A stretch of DNA of 64,000 nt from Felis catus (Eukaryota), in NCBI RefSeq assembly GCF_018350175.1, contig NC_058373.1, positions 100,318,001 to 100,382,000 of the forward strand, written 5' to 3'. Each line of letters opens with the position of its first letter. Within the stretch, counting starts at the first letter, position 1. Below the pieces are notes generated by a model, which was not told where the DNA came from, searched no databases, and saw nothing but the letters and a program-made list of their open reading frames with translations. This document shows positions 22,443-36,553 of this stretch, piece by piece. The translations under genes and the position numbers were made by a program.

Positions 22443-25400
22443 CTGGAACAAAGACAAAGAACTGTCAGTCTCAGTAAAACTCCACATAAGGTAAGGCACA
22501 AGTGACGCTACTGTGCTGTTTAATGTCTGCCCTATCACAAGACTATTTGTCAACCCTCAATTTTTTTTTAATCCTAAACTAATAATGCCTTCAGTTCCAA
22601 AAGAATACAAGTTGACTAGCCCCTCCCCGACTCCTTTTTAGTTTTCATGTTCTGAAAAGGAAGACTGAATGCAAAGGGTTTAGGTCATTATGTTCCCAAA
22701 TGGTCTCTGGTGATTCAATTAATGAGAATGTCTCTCTTCAAGGCCTGAGAGAAAACCTACTTCCTGCATTTAATATTTGCTTCAGATACTTAACCTTTAG
22801 GTATCATGTTTGAATACAGTAACAACCCCTCTTATCCATGGGGAATATATTTCAGGACCCTAACTGGATGCCTGAAACCATGGATAGTACTGAACCCTAC
22901 ATACACTATGCTTTTCTTTCCTTTACAGATATACCTATGATAAAGTTTAATTTGTAAGTTAGATACTGTAAGAGATTAACAATAACAGAATTATAACAAT
23001 ATACTATAACTAAGTTATGGGAACATGGTCTCTCTCTCAACATACCTTACTGTACTGTACTCGCCCCTGTGATAATGAGAAATGACAAAATGCCTATATG
23101 ACGCGATGAAGGTAAATGACATAGGTGCTGTGACATAGTGTTAGGCTCCTACAATGTATCAGGAGGAGGATGGGTTATCTGCTTCTGGATCAAGGTTAAC
23201 CACAGAAAAGTAACCTATTATTCGATGCAGTAATAGGAAGTGCTACAACAAACCCAATGTCCCTAAAACACACAGCTTATCAGCAGAAGATTGTTTAAAT
23301 GATATTTATGTACTTCAAGTCTGGGGGCAGCATGATATACAGTAGTAGCTGTGCCAGGTTTTAGAGCCCCTGAGCATCTGACTTTGAATCCTGATTCTGT
23401 GACTAAGTGTGTGGTCATAGCAATCATGGCCCACAGGCCTCTACATGTGAGTGTCCTCATTTGTAAAGTAGGGACAATCCAACTATCCCGCACAAGGCTG
23501 TGGTGAGATTTAGAAATACAAAAACATCTAGCATCATGACTGGCACAGAGTAGGCATTCAATAAACAGCAGATGCTACTAGGAGTGAAAGGGATTTAGCA
23601 TTACAGGAAAACAATCTTCTAAGAAGATCATTATATTCTTAGAGTTCTAATAACTGGGCTAGTTATGAACTAGTCAAGTTTAAGTGGGAAATGAATAACC
23701 AACCATGTTTTATACTTTAAGAGGTAATGGGACAAACAATCTATAGAATTTATAGGTCTTTTAATTCTTAAGTTTTAGAAGGCCTGAAGCAGGCTCCAGG
23801 CTCTGAGCTGTCAGCACAGAGCCCAACGTGGGGCTTGAACTTGTGAACTGTGAGATCATGACCTAAGCTGAAGTCGGACACTTAACCGACTGAGCCACCC
23901 AGGTGCCCCAGAAGGGCTATATATTAATTCAAGTAACATTGTTATAGCTTGCCATTTATTTATTTATTTTGAGAGTGTGCACATGAGCAGGGTAGGGGCA
24001 GGAAAGGAGAGAGTGAATCCCAAGCAGACTGTGCGCTAACACTGCAGAGCCCAATGCAGGACCTACGTCTTACAAACCTTGAGATCATGACCTGGGCCAA
24101 AACCATGAGTCGGATGCTTTAACTGACCGAACCACCCAGGTGCCCACCCCTAGCTTACCATTTTTATTTCCCAGTTCACATTCCACTGTTTCATGTTACT
24201 GAAACGCCATGTTTTAATTGCGTCTCCTGTGCTGGCATCCATCCTAATCAGTCTGTTATATGCAATTCCAATAAGTTCTTCTTTTTTTCCTCCTTGGAAC
24301 CTATAGTATTAAAACATAATAAATGTTTGAAAACACGTTGGGGGTGGGAGGAATGTTGCTCTGTTTTTCTTTTTTTTTTTTAATAGAGGGTGCAAGTGAA
24401 GCGAGGGGCAGAAAAAGAGAAGTGGGGCTCATCCGATGCAGGACTCAAACTCACGAACTGTGAGATCATGACCCGAGTCAAAGTTGAATGCTTAACCAAC
24501 TGAGCCCCTGTTTTTAAGATGTGCTCTTTAACTCTCAAAAAAGTGATATTCTTATATAAGTAAAAATAGAAATGCTATCATTTTGAGTTTTTTGGGGGGA
24601 GAGAGAGAATGCACAAGTGGGGGCGAGGGGCAGAGGGAGAGAAAATCTTAAGCAGGCTTCATGCTGAGCGTGGAGCCCGATGCCGGGCTTGATCCCATAA
24701 TCCTGGGATCATGACCTGAGCCGAAATTAAGAGCTAGACACTCAACTGACTGAGCCACCCAGGCAGCCCAATCATTTTGAATTTTTAAAGTAAAAATTAC
24801 AAGAATAGAAAATACATTTCGATATTCTTTACTGTAAAATTGCTTAATGGATCTCAGCAGGTACTTTAAATGTTTAATTGAAATAAATTAAGTAAAAACG
24901 TACACATTAAGATTTATACATAGATGTTTAGTAGCAGAACCACTGACCTTGCAATAAAGTGTGTGATGCCAAATTCTGGTAATGACTGCCATGCTTGAAT
25001 AAATCTCATCTTGGCTTCAATTAGACTCATCTGAGCTACATTCTGATGGGCCTCCAAGATTCTTGCTGTTATCTAAACATGATTAAACATCACCTTTACC
25101 ATCAGACAATATTCTTTCATTGCAGGAGCAAAACAAAAGTAACCAACTGTGCCCCACCCCACAATTACCTCTAAGAGTTGGAATTAGGAAATTTCTGAAG
25201 CCACATTTAGGAATTTTAGTTAAATAATGACTCTTCAAAATAAACCTTGATGTATTTCTTTTTGATTTCAGTTTCCATATATCCAGAAACAAAAAGTACT
25301 TTCAGGAGTAATAACTGCCACTCCCAAAACATATTCCAAGGACACACACATATTTTGCTTTTATAAAACGGTATGTTCTAATCCTGTACATGACAGGTTT

Positions 25401-26407
25401 TAAATTTAGCACCAAAACACAATATCAGAATGAGTACCTGCAATATAAATTTGTAGTGGACTATTTATTTATCACCTTTAATACTTGAAACCACCATAAA
25501 GATTTTTTTAATTTCTAAAGGTATCATTAGGAAAGTTAACTTTTAACTTAAATTATACTCACTTTGGGATGACTACTCCCACAAAGAGTGGAAATCCATG
25601 AAGGCGATGGGGTGGGGGGGGGGTGGGGGAACTGTGGCTAGGGCTTTAAATATTTTATGTATTTATTTTCTTTCCTTTTCTTTTTTAAATATGGAGAACT
25701 TACCAAATCTCTTATATAGCCTGGCTGTAGATGGCAATGCGAGGAAAGAAAAAGGAAGCAGAAAGAAAAAAAAAGGCAATCAGAAAAAATGGCAATGAAG
25801 CAAAGAAAAAGTTGCGGTAACCTGCAAACCAAAATTCCAGCCAAAAACCATGCAAAAAAAATTACTTCAGGTAGAAACCAAGCAAAGTAAATGCAAGCAT
25901 GAAAATGAAAACGAGAAAGCAGCGATTACTTTCCACTTTGAATACTGAGAAACACTTCCATATTATTTTAGATTGTTAAGTGTTACTAAAATTATGGGTA
26001 GAAATTTGTAGGGAAAAAAATAAAAAAGAGCAAATACCCTTTTCCCTGCTCATTTATTTACCAGTTCTTACTGGTTAGGGCAGAGCTAATGATTTTAGTA
26101 GGAAATCAAAATTGAGTCAGATAATATGACCCATGCACCACTTTTCAGAAATAAGTTGAAGGCATAAAATAAGTGCAGTGACCATACTGTTTCTTTATTT
26201 ACACAAGAAAAGCAACCCCCCTCAATTACCATCTGTTTTTTGCATCCTTTTTCCTGGAAGGGAAAATGAAGAGATGCTATATACTACACTAGGAATGGTG
26301 GCTATACACACAGTAGTCTATTTCAATTTGTATTAACATGGATAAAATACCCAACAACTCTTTTCTTTAAAATGTAAAAATGCAGTTTGGGAGTCACAGT
26401 CATATAA

Positions 26408-26455
<48 letters not shown>

Positions 26456-29400
26456 CAAGTTTAAATAATATACAGTTTTGGGGATTTAAAGTAGATTAAA
26501 TATAACAAATTCTCTGTATTGGTGGGCCCAAAGGAAAATCTTATGCCCTGATAGGAATAAAGGACCCCATGGCCCGGACCTCATCCTACTGGACTCCTGA
26601 ACACCACTGTACTATATAGTTTAACTATTAAGCCCTATGTCCAACGATGAGTACAGCACGTGACACACAATAAGCAACTAAACTTCTGCCAATCAGCACT
26701 TTCTAGGTGTCAGGGCAATACATGCTCTCTACCTTCTGGGAACAACCCATAAATTTAGTCAGGGAAAGAAGGATTACAAAAGAATGTGTGTTTGATAAAA
26801 TGCCAACGTGGAAGACAAGGCTGGAAGAATCCTTAACCACGGACCACACATACTGCCACCTCACCAGTTGAAGACAGTCAAATAGTCACTGTTTCTGTCC
26901 CCCAGAGAATTTTCACTTGACAATCGCTAGTTGAGAAATCAGGGTTGGAAAACTATCTTTTAAAAGTGAAAACAATCATTTGAGAGGCTTCTGAGAAAAC
27001 AATTCAGTACCCATCTCCGACAGCTAAGCTAACATTTGTCAGTCTTCACAGTTAGACTTGAAGATCTTTTTTTCCTGGTAACTCACAGTGAAAGAATCTT
27101 GCTAAGATTTGAAACTGTTCCTTGCCTTTGAAGGCAAATGAATCCACTTTCAGAAACAAGGATTTTTTTACAAGTAATTTTTAAATGAAATAACGAAGAA
27201 TAAAAAAATAAAATTAGTACTTGATTCACTTTCCCTTTTTAACTTACAATCTACATTCCACAAATCTCCCCAGGGCAGCATTTCCTCCATTCCTCACTAC
27301 TCCCACATTGTAGGGACTGTGGGATAAACAATTTCCATGTAGCTTACACAACCTCTGAAACTTAAAGACAAATACTTGGTAATTAACCTTCTGAACATTT
27401 CCAGCTAAGTAATTTCAAACACATATGATAAACATTATATTTAAAGTTAAGAATTAGTAAGTGTTCTGGGTATTTTATTGGGCCCTCCCAGTAATGTTTT
27501 AAAATTATTCTTTAACAGATAAAAATCAAACTAGATAGAAATGAAATATTTATTTTAAAGGCCTCCTTCACCCCACCTCACACTGAAGCCTTTGCCTTTT
27601 ATGGCATGATGTTTGGTGTAGAGAATACTGGGGGCTATCCCAAATGAAATTCCCCTGCAAAGAACCTTTTATGTTGTACTGAAGAACCATTTTCCTAAAT
27701 AGCAATCCTTTTATGGTATTAATTTCCAGGAAAGGAATTCTAAACAAAGTGAACAAAAGCAGTGAATTTCAATCAAAATTTACCAAACTCTGTCCCATCA
27801 CGCAAATCTTGGTTTAGGTTTTTGACTGTCAAGAAAAGACGATGTTAAAATGTAGACTATTTCTACCATTGTAAAGTTTATCTCCAAAGCTGGAAAAGTC
27901 CATTTTGACAGTGAGAAGTTGTTCTAGACTTTGCCGGGAAATGCTGGCTGTGCTTTATACCACGCATATATAAGGAATAAAACTGCATGAATTAAGGAAT
28001 TCAAAGCATCCACACCATTTCAATTCCCTGAAAGAACACCCTGTTAACAGAGCGGTTTCCTTAGGTTGTTTAGAATAAATATGCTTCCTACTATTTTACC
28101 TTATGATCTGTCCTATTAAAATGATAAACATTTTTTAAAATGACTTAACTGACTGAAGGCCATCCACATCCTATTTTATATTCCAGCCACCTGATATGAA
28201 ATTCAGACCATCATTAAAGCCACAAAGTTTTAACAGGGGAAACTAAATTTACAGTACATGTACAAAATCATACGAGAAGAAAAGAGATGAAATGAAATGA
28301 ATCAAATACCTGCTTGTTCTTGTACTTTTTTAGATAGCGAGGGGACACCAAACATTCAGGATTTATATCAGTTGTGATCTGCTCTGGTATTAACTGAGGA
28401 TCTGGGTTTAAATGCTGCATCTTCAGGAAGGAAAGAATATTTTGAACTTCTAAGTTGTAAGAACTGTCTGCCATGGTCTTGCCTTTGGAGGCTAATCTGC
28501 AGGCTGCCATCCAGTGTGCATACTGTTTTTCCTGTTGAAAAGAAATACTGAAATATGAAATGTATCACATGATGGGTCCTTTAAGTATAAAATGTAAGGA
28601 CGACTGGTCAACTCACTAGGGAACTGAAGAAAACTGAAGTTGACACTTTTAATTGGAAAACTTACATTGTCACAACGAAGCCAGATTTCATTCATGCCCT
28701 CTGCAACTGGAATCAGGAGTTTAATGTTAAATTTTTGGCCTGAAATGTTTACATCTGGGGTAACTTCACATCCTGTAATAAAAAAATTATTAAAATGGTC
28801 AAATTTACCTTTAAGAAATCACAAGCCGCTACAGGTAGCTCTCATTTTATGGTATCTTAACATGCTGAATTTTGCTGTTTTGGAATCTTTAAACTGGGAA
28901 GCAAGGTTTTATCGCCCAATAATTGTTTGAGGTGGAGCAAAAGAGATCTAGTGTAGAAAAGGGGTATAATGCAGTTTGTGGTCCTCATAAAACTTCATTG
29001 AAGAGAAGGAAAGGGTCCTGTTAAAAGGATATTACCAAAAAACACGACCCCACAAGTTTGATATTGTGCTGTTTTAATATCATTCAGTTCCTTAAATCTC
29101 AAGGTATTTGGGACTTTTAAGTTGCTAAATGTATAGGGATAACATTTTGGTAAGAATAAACGACTTTTTAAAAGTAACCTCTCTGCCCACTGTGGGGCTT
29201 GAACTCATGGCCCTGAGATCAAGAGTTGCCTGCTCTACCGGCCAGAAGCCCCAAGAATAAAGGACTTTTAATGATGCCTTTTCTGTGAAGCATTAGCTAG
29301 CAGCTTTACAGAAGGGCACACAGGTGGGCTGAACATACACTCAGTTGGATGGCGGGACAATGGCTGGCATAAACAAGTAGTAACCAGTGTAACATAGTGG

Positions 29401-32400
29401 AGAGGCACCCTGCAATCTGACCTTGTTCCACACTTCTCTGTCACTTAATTACTGCCCATTTGTGGAACATCTCTAAACCCAAATTTCCCAACCTTAAAAC
29501 TATCCTTACAGCATTCCTGTGAGGTAGAAAGAAGATAACAGACATGTCAGAGCTTTCTAAACGGTATTCCAGTTATCACCCTCAATGTGTCTTAAGACCA
29601 TCAAGTAGGCTCCTAGACTGTTAGCAGGGCCTGTGGTCACTTTGCTCTGTGTACCGGAGCAACATCTCTCTGTACGGAGAGTATAAGGAACAAGATAATA
29701 AAGCTCTCTACATCTACCACAAAGAAAGAACAAATACAAAGCACTGTATTGAAAACAACAGAATATTGTACTTTTTTAAATGTTTATGCATTCTGGTAAG
29801 AGGGAGTGGGCACCGCACGCGCATGCAGGGGAGGGGCAGAGAGAATCTCAAGCAGGCTCCACACTGTTAGCGCAGAGCCCAACTGTCGAGCCGGACGGTG
29901 GCTCGATCCCGTGAACCGTGAGATCATGACCTGAAATCCAGAGTCAGACGCTAAAACAACTGAGTCACCCAGGCGCCCCAAGAAACAGAACATTTTAGAT
30001 AAATGGAAGATCCTCTTCTCCTTTCCAGAAACACCTATCATGAATTTAGTGGACTTTCTCCCTCTGTTTGCTTTCTTTTAAAAAATATTAGCTACAGCAT
30101 TTACCTCTTTCTGTACAAGGATTACAAACTATCAGGAAGTTTGCATTTAATCTGCAAAGGTAACACAAAGAGGAGATGTTTGAAGACAGTTCTTTTGCAG
30201 ATTTCATTACTCACTGAAGCAGACTTAAAAGTACACAATCCCATAATCATGTCTCTCTCAAAAGTAAAACACCAAAAAAACCTAAAAAGCTTGGCGAGGC
30301 ATAGTGAGTGGTAACTCAGGTGCTACTGTAGGCGCAGAGGCACCTGTCAGGCCACACATCTCAGACAATATTCACTCCGTGCCACCTCGGGTACCTATGA
30401 CCATGGCAACGTGCCACGCTTCACTGTAGCCCAATTGCTGCTCCTCTGACACGTTCTAACCCCAGTCTTCAAACTCTCTGAGTCCTGCAGCCCTGACACC
30501 TTCTCCCCATCATGTTTTCACTTCTTCCTTTTCCTGAGTCCAGCCTGGACACCATTCACCAGCTATCACATCCAACTCCCTAGACTCACCGTATTTCCAT
30601 TAATACACATTAACCAAGACCTTAACCCTGGCTCCATCCAACCACCTCGCTTTTACTTGCCTATAATAGGCTGCTGAGCACTCTAAGGAGGGGAGGGGGA
30701 GAAAAACCACAAAACCAAGCAGATAGGTTTCACCAGAAATTCATGGATTCCCAAACTCTACCTGGCCCTCAACACTTGCATCCTGTGTTTTCAGACACTC
30801 TCAACAATGTTTATCTCAAATCTTCTCAGGCCTCCGATACCGCTCACTCTCAGGGGACAACTTCATATCTTTTTTCCAAGAAAGCCATGAGAAGTAGTCA
30901 CACAGCTTCCTACCACCACAGCCGATAAAGCTTGCTGCCCTCACTCCCACAGTGGGATGGCATCTCTCTGATCCCAAGTGGGCTGTTTTCTGCCATCCCA
31001 GGAACCTTGCTCCATCACAGAGATCCTCTTCCTCTCCCAGACACTACTTCTCTATTTCTAGTGTGATGTTTCCATCAGCATTTCACTTCCTTGAGTCTCT
31101 CCAATCTTGAAACAAAATGCCTTCCTCCTCCACCTTATACCTCTCTCTGCTGTTACTGCCCTCTTTCCTCCCTCCTTATTACAGGTAAGGTTCATCAAAA
31201 AACTATCTTTGTTTCCTATTTACTTCTCAATGACTGTACTTTGGCGCCCATACTCAAAAGGCCACTGAAATCCGCTCCAATCTGTTCGGCATCAAGGCCA
31301 CCAACCACCTCCAATGTGGCTAAATGCTATGTCGGCTTCACAGTCTTTATCTTACTTTTCTGTAGTATTTGATGCCAGTGATTACGCTGTCCTTTTTGAA
31401 GCAACTTTTATCTTAGTTCCCACCATGTCTCATTTCCATGGTCTCCGTAAGCATTTTTTGTTTCCCTTCCTCTAATCTGCCCTGTATCTCAAACACAGGT
31501 GTTCTGCAGGGTTCTGTTCTTAGCCTTTTCATATTATAGACAACCATTCTAATGGCTGCCATTTATCATTAACGCTAAAACTGATACCATAAGTATCTGC
31601 AGTGTGGATCTCCCATGATCCAGTGGCCTACAAGTTACCTCCAACAGCTATCCCACAGGCACCTCAAATTTAAAACAACCCAAAATTAAACTCACTGTCC
31701 TTCTCCCCGAAATAAACTCTTCTATATTCTCAACTCTATCCATCCAACTTGTATGAGCCAGAAATAAGTCCCTCCCCATGAGCCTCTCCCAAATCAATCA
31801 CTCAGGATGCTTGCTGACTGGGCTTTCTCAGGATCTTCTGAACTTGAACCCTTTTCTCCATCCATATTGATCACCTTAATCTGGATCATTGTCACTGTTC
31901 TAAAATTATTCCTCTATACTGTAGCCAATATAAATAGGATGGATCCTGTTATTTTCATGTTAATACTTTCTCAGTGACACTTCATTGCTGCCAGTTTAAA
32001 AAACAATCCCTAACATTTTTATCCTCCAAAACACGCCGATTTCTTCAGCTGTTGTCCCTCATCTATGCAGAAATCAGATTCAATAGCCACTAGGAAGCAT
32101 TCATCCTCTGCCTTGAACTCTACATTCCAACAGCCCAAAACCCCCTGTGGTTGCTGATGCTTTTCTCCAGGAATTTCTGCATACCAGTCTCTGCCACAAG
32201 GTTTTTACCAATTCTCCTTCCTTCCATGGGCCTTGAGTTAGACACTGGATCTAACTCTGGCATGATTTCTGCCAGGATATTCCCCACCATCGCTGAACAC
32301 TGAGACAGCACACACCCTTATCTTTGCTCCTCCTTGGACCTGTTACTTTTTAAAGTACTATTCATTGCCCAAATTGTCACTGTTTATCTCCCAAATACTC

Positions 32401-35400
32401 TAAACACCCAGAGGGGTGGGTCTGTAACCTGTTCCTGCTCCTGTCTCCAGGATCTAGCACAGCTGGGGCACAGGAATTCAATCAGTATTTGAACTGAATT
32501 TGTTTTTAGAACTTTTCATTTTAGATCTCCAAAGGCCTTAGAGAACAAACATCTAGTCCAAAGTCCAAAGTCCAAAGGCATGGAGAACACTCTCATTTCT
32601 TAGAGGAAGGTACTGAGGTCCAAATGGGCTATTTTTCTAAAATCATAGGGCTTATTTAGTAGCAGAACAGGAAGTAAGCCACTTGATTTTTTAGGCTAGT
32701 GATATCTTCATTAATGTGATGTGTGGGAAGATGCTCTTTTGGGAGGACATGGAAAAGGTAGGATGACAGCACACTGTAAGCCATTTTCCATACTAGGACT
32801 TGACTTCTCAGTCATGCAGGGGGGAAGGTTAGGGATGTAACACGGTCAGAGAAAGCAGGGGCCGGAAGACAGATCTTGTCTCTAAATCAAGAGCAGATCA
32901 TCTGGGCTGGTCCTGGGCAGCTGAGGACAGAAGCAGGAACAAGAGCTGCAACAGATTCTAAAAGTAACAAATAACAAAAGAGACCCAAAAGTTAACTCAT
33001 GGGTCTTGGAGAGAAAGGCAGTTAGCCTGATTCAAAGTTTTAGGAAAATTACAGTATTCTAACACATGGGCAGAGCAATCTTCTACCCAGGTCAGGGGTT
33101 TCCTTTTTTTTTTTTAAATTTTTTTTTTTCAACGTTTATTTATTTTTGGGACAGAGAGAGACAGAGCATGAATGGGGGAGGGGCAGAGAGAGAGGGAGAC
33201 ACAGAATCGGAAACAGGCTCCAGGCTCTGAGCCATCAGCCCAGAGCCCGACGCGGGGCTCGAACCCACGGACCGCGAGATCGTGACCTGGCTGAAGTCGG
33301 ACGCTTAACCGACTGCGCCACCCAGGCGCCCCGGGTTTCCTTTTTTTAAAACAACAGTTCAGATAACTAGTGAGCAGAACACAGAGCAGAGATTTGGACA
33401 TTTCGTTGAAATATACTAAAAATATCCTAATGTACTATGTAGAAAAGAAAATGAAGACTATAGATCAGGGAAACCACCTTTATATTTTAAGCAATAAATA
33501 CAATATTTTGAGAATAATTTCTGTGAATGAGTCAGGGGCCCCCTTCTTGGGTACTTTTGTCCAAATATGGACATTTTTAGTTAGAAAGGCATATTGCTTT
33601 ACATATAATGATAAATGTACATGCAAAATGTAACCCAGAGGAGAAACGGGTTGGGCCGATAGGAATGAACTTCTTGAACAACTAGCCTGCCAAGGGAGGG
33701 AACTGCAACCAACAGGCCGCAAAACCAGGAGGCTACCCCGCAGCTCCATAGCCTGGAAACACCATGCTCCTTTCTCAATTCTGCCTCTCCAACCCCTTAA
33801 CTTAGTTGGGAATTGAAGTCTTACATGAATGCATCTGATTGGAATAAAAATCTCACTGCAAACAAGTCCAGAAAATGTATTTTAGTTTTCTAGCCTTTGC
33901 TGTAAGAGTGTGGAACAGTGAGATGACAATCCACCAAGCATGCTGGTGCCAAGGGTGCAGGGAGTGTGGTGTGGGCACACAGGAGAGCAGTTCTCGCTGG
34001 AAGTGAGCCAAATGGTTTTAGTGAATATCCCTATAAGTGAAGCGGTGATCAACAATCTGCAACACCCTGCAGAAAAATCATGGCAGGAGGCAGCAAGATG
34101 TCCTCTAGCCGTAGAAGAACCAGACCAACCTGGACAGGAAATTCTCCTTCTGCCTGAACCACTGCATCAGTCAGATAAAAGGAGTGAAGGAGCAGTGTGA
34201 AGAACCAAAGAAGTCACCCAAGTGGGGAGTGAAATGGAAAAAAAAAAGACCAAAGCCAGTAGCTCTGAGTCCTCAGCCAGGAGCAACTCAGGCCACAGCA
34301 AACAAGGTTGCCACAAGGGAGTAGAAACATGTCCAATAACATGTGCCTCAAATACCAGCCCCTTGGTGACAGCTTTGGATTTGAAGAGACAAGAGGAAAC
34401 CAAAGAGATTCAGGTTGCTGACGAGGAGGAGCCTCAGAGGGGTATCCTGGGGCTACCCCAGGAGCCAAACTGAGAGCAGAGTGTCGAACGAAAATGTTCA
34501 GGAAGAGGTGTTGTGGGAGGGTTAAGAAGTTGGCCAAACCCCATAGGTGCCTGCTGCCCCATTGCGGAGCCAAAGAGAGACTGGGGGTCGTGAGGGGGAC
34601 CAGCTTATCATCAGTGAAAGTCAGGAAGAAGAGTAGGATGCTGATGAGGAAGGGAAAAGCCAGCAAAAACGGGAGAGGACTACAACACGGATGAGAATGA
34701 AGAAAACCTGAATGACCTAATGCTGAGGATGAGAAAAGAGGCACCACAGATTTACTTGACGAGAAGAAAAGTGGAATCACTTCCAATGAAGACTGTACAA
34801 AGAGATTACAACGAAATATCTGTGGGAAATGGAATGCTTAAAATTGTGACAAAAACTATGTACCAAAAAAAAGAATCTAGACCTAAAAAAGTACCATAAA
34901 GGAGTAATGTATCTGCTGAGAAACACACCCCTGCCCCACCCTGCAAAGCAAAGTTTATTGACTGTTAGCCAACAGAAAGTTTCTCCATCAACACTGGTCA
35001 CTCCAAGGCTTTCCTTACCTCTTAGGTTCATCTGATGAGCTGGTGTGCCACTGGATTCTTCTTTGCTCTTATAGCAAGAAATAGACGTATCTTTAAAGGT
35101 GCACCAATATTGCTTGTAACCTTTTAGAGTCAGTTTTTTTGGCCTACATGTCAAACAGAATTAAGAGAAAAACCACTTTTGAAATAACTTTATCAACAGT
35201 ATGTTTTAGCAGCAAAGTTTCAAAACATTAAAAGTCTGAGGCCAAGTTCTACATATATTCAACTAAGTTCCCTTGGGCCAGCATGTTATATTCAATGTTG
35301 CTGTTATTGGATTTGTTCCCTCTCGATCAATCTACTCAGGAAGATCTCAAACAGTGAATGGGTAGAGGAGAAAGGAGGGCCAACAATCTAGTATTTCTGT

Positions 35401-36513
35401 CAGTGGTAGCCATCTCTAACACTAGCAGGTCACAGGGAAAGGACAAGAAACAAAAGGTGAAGTAAATGTCACCAATCGGAAAGCTCCTAGGTCCTATAAT
35501 CACCAGCAGATTCCTGAGTGTGTGCAAGGCTGCCTTTGGAGCCTCTCTGAATGAGGGTACCGGTCTCTCTCAGGGTGTAACTGAATGGTGCTTCAATTTG
35601 CCACCCAAGGCCAACACGAAGATGACAGTAATCATGACAGAGAGTGGGTAAGTAAAGGTGTGAAATGCGAGAAGAAAGGGGGTAGGGAGCGGCATCTGAA
35701 ATCATGCCCTTATCTTAGAAACTTTCCATACGGTAAGCTGTTATATGTTTAGCTACAGTAAATGGCTTATTCCATAATGACTTCACACCTTCTATTCCAT
35801 ATCACCTCCTCTCCTTTCTCCCTTTTCTGCTTTAATGCCTAGATTCTGTGGACTGTACCCAGATTGATAAAAGTCTAGATAAGATACACAAAAACCTTAT
35901 TATAAAATATGCCTTGAACAAATGAATAAAATTCAATAGAATCTGGGGCTCTGAACAAGGAAATAACTGCTGGCAATAATAGTTCATTATGTCCTGCTTT
36001 CACCCGGAGGGGATGTTTTATACTAAAATGCCACTGTATGTTTCAGTCTACATGATGCAATCTAGGTTACATAATCTTTGCTTTTCCCCTTTAAGAAAAA
36101 TGTTTATCAGATAAAACAACTCATGAGTACTGCAATTTTAATTTGGTAAAGATGGTTATTTTCTCTCATAATTCATAATGCATATGCTAAAGTAAATTCC
36201 AACATGAATGTGACTACAAAATTGATACTTGCCATTCATTAATATTTGGAATTCCTCCCCTTTTGTACTTACTTAAAAACTTTAATATAGTCAGCAAGTT
36301 CAGGAATAGAAGTGATGTCACCCTAGGGAAAGAATTAAATCATTTTTTTTTCTGATTTTTCTTGAAATTTGAAACTCTAATATTTAGTATCTGCCATCAA
36401 GTATCAGTTTATTCAATAAACAAAATTACATAACATACAGATTATTAAGGTTTTAAAAGTACAATCATAATGTATGGTCATATGTACAAAGCCATTTTTT
36501 TTAAAGTTTGTTT

Positions 36514-36553
<40 letters not shown>

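Noticed and set aside
33129..33401. Recurrent ORFs such as [19 protein letters not shown] and MGQRETEHE (also at 8.4, 15.2 and 62.1 kb)
   Set aside because: Translations of SINEC_Fc copies, not a gene family.
32740..33900. Possible MLT1J/K-type LTR remnant around the SINE at 33.1-33.3 kb
   Set aside because: Only one short motif resembles the consensus; boundaries and family cannot be supported.
34214..34786. 190-aa minus-strand ORF in intron 10
   Set aside because: Low-complexity L/F/S/P composition from a purine-skewed intron, non-ATG start, no recognisable homology.
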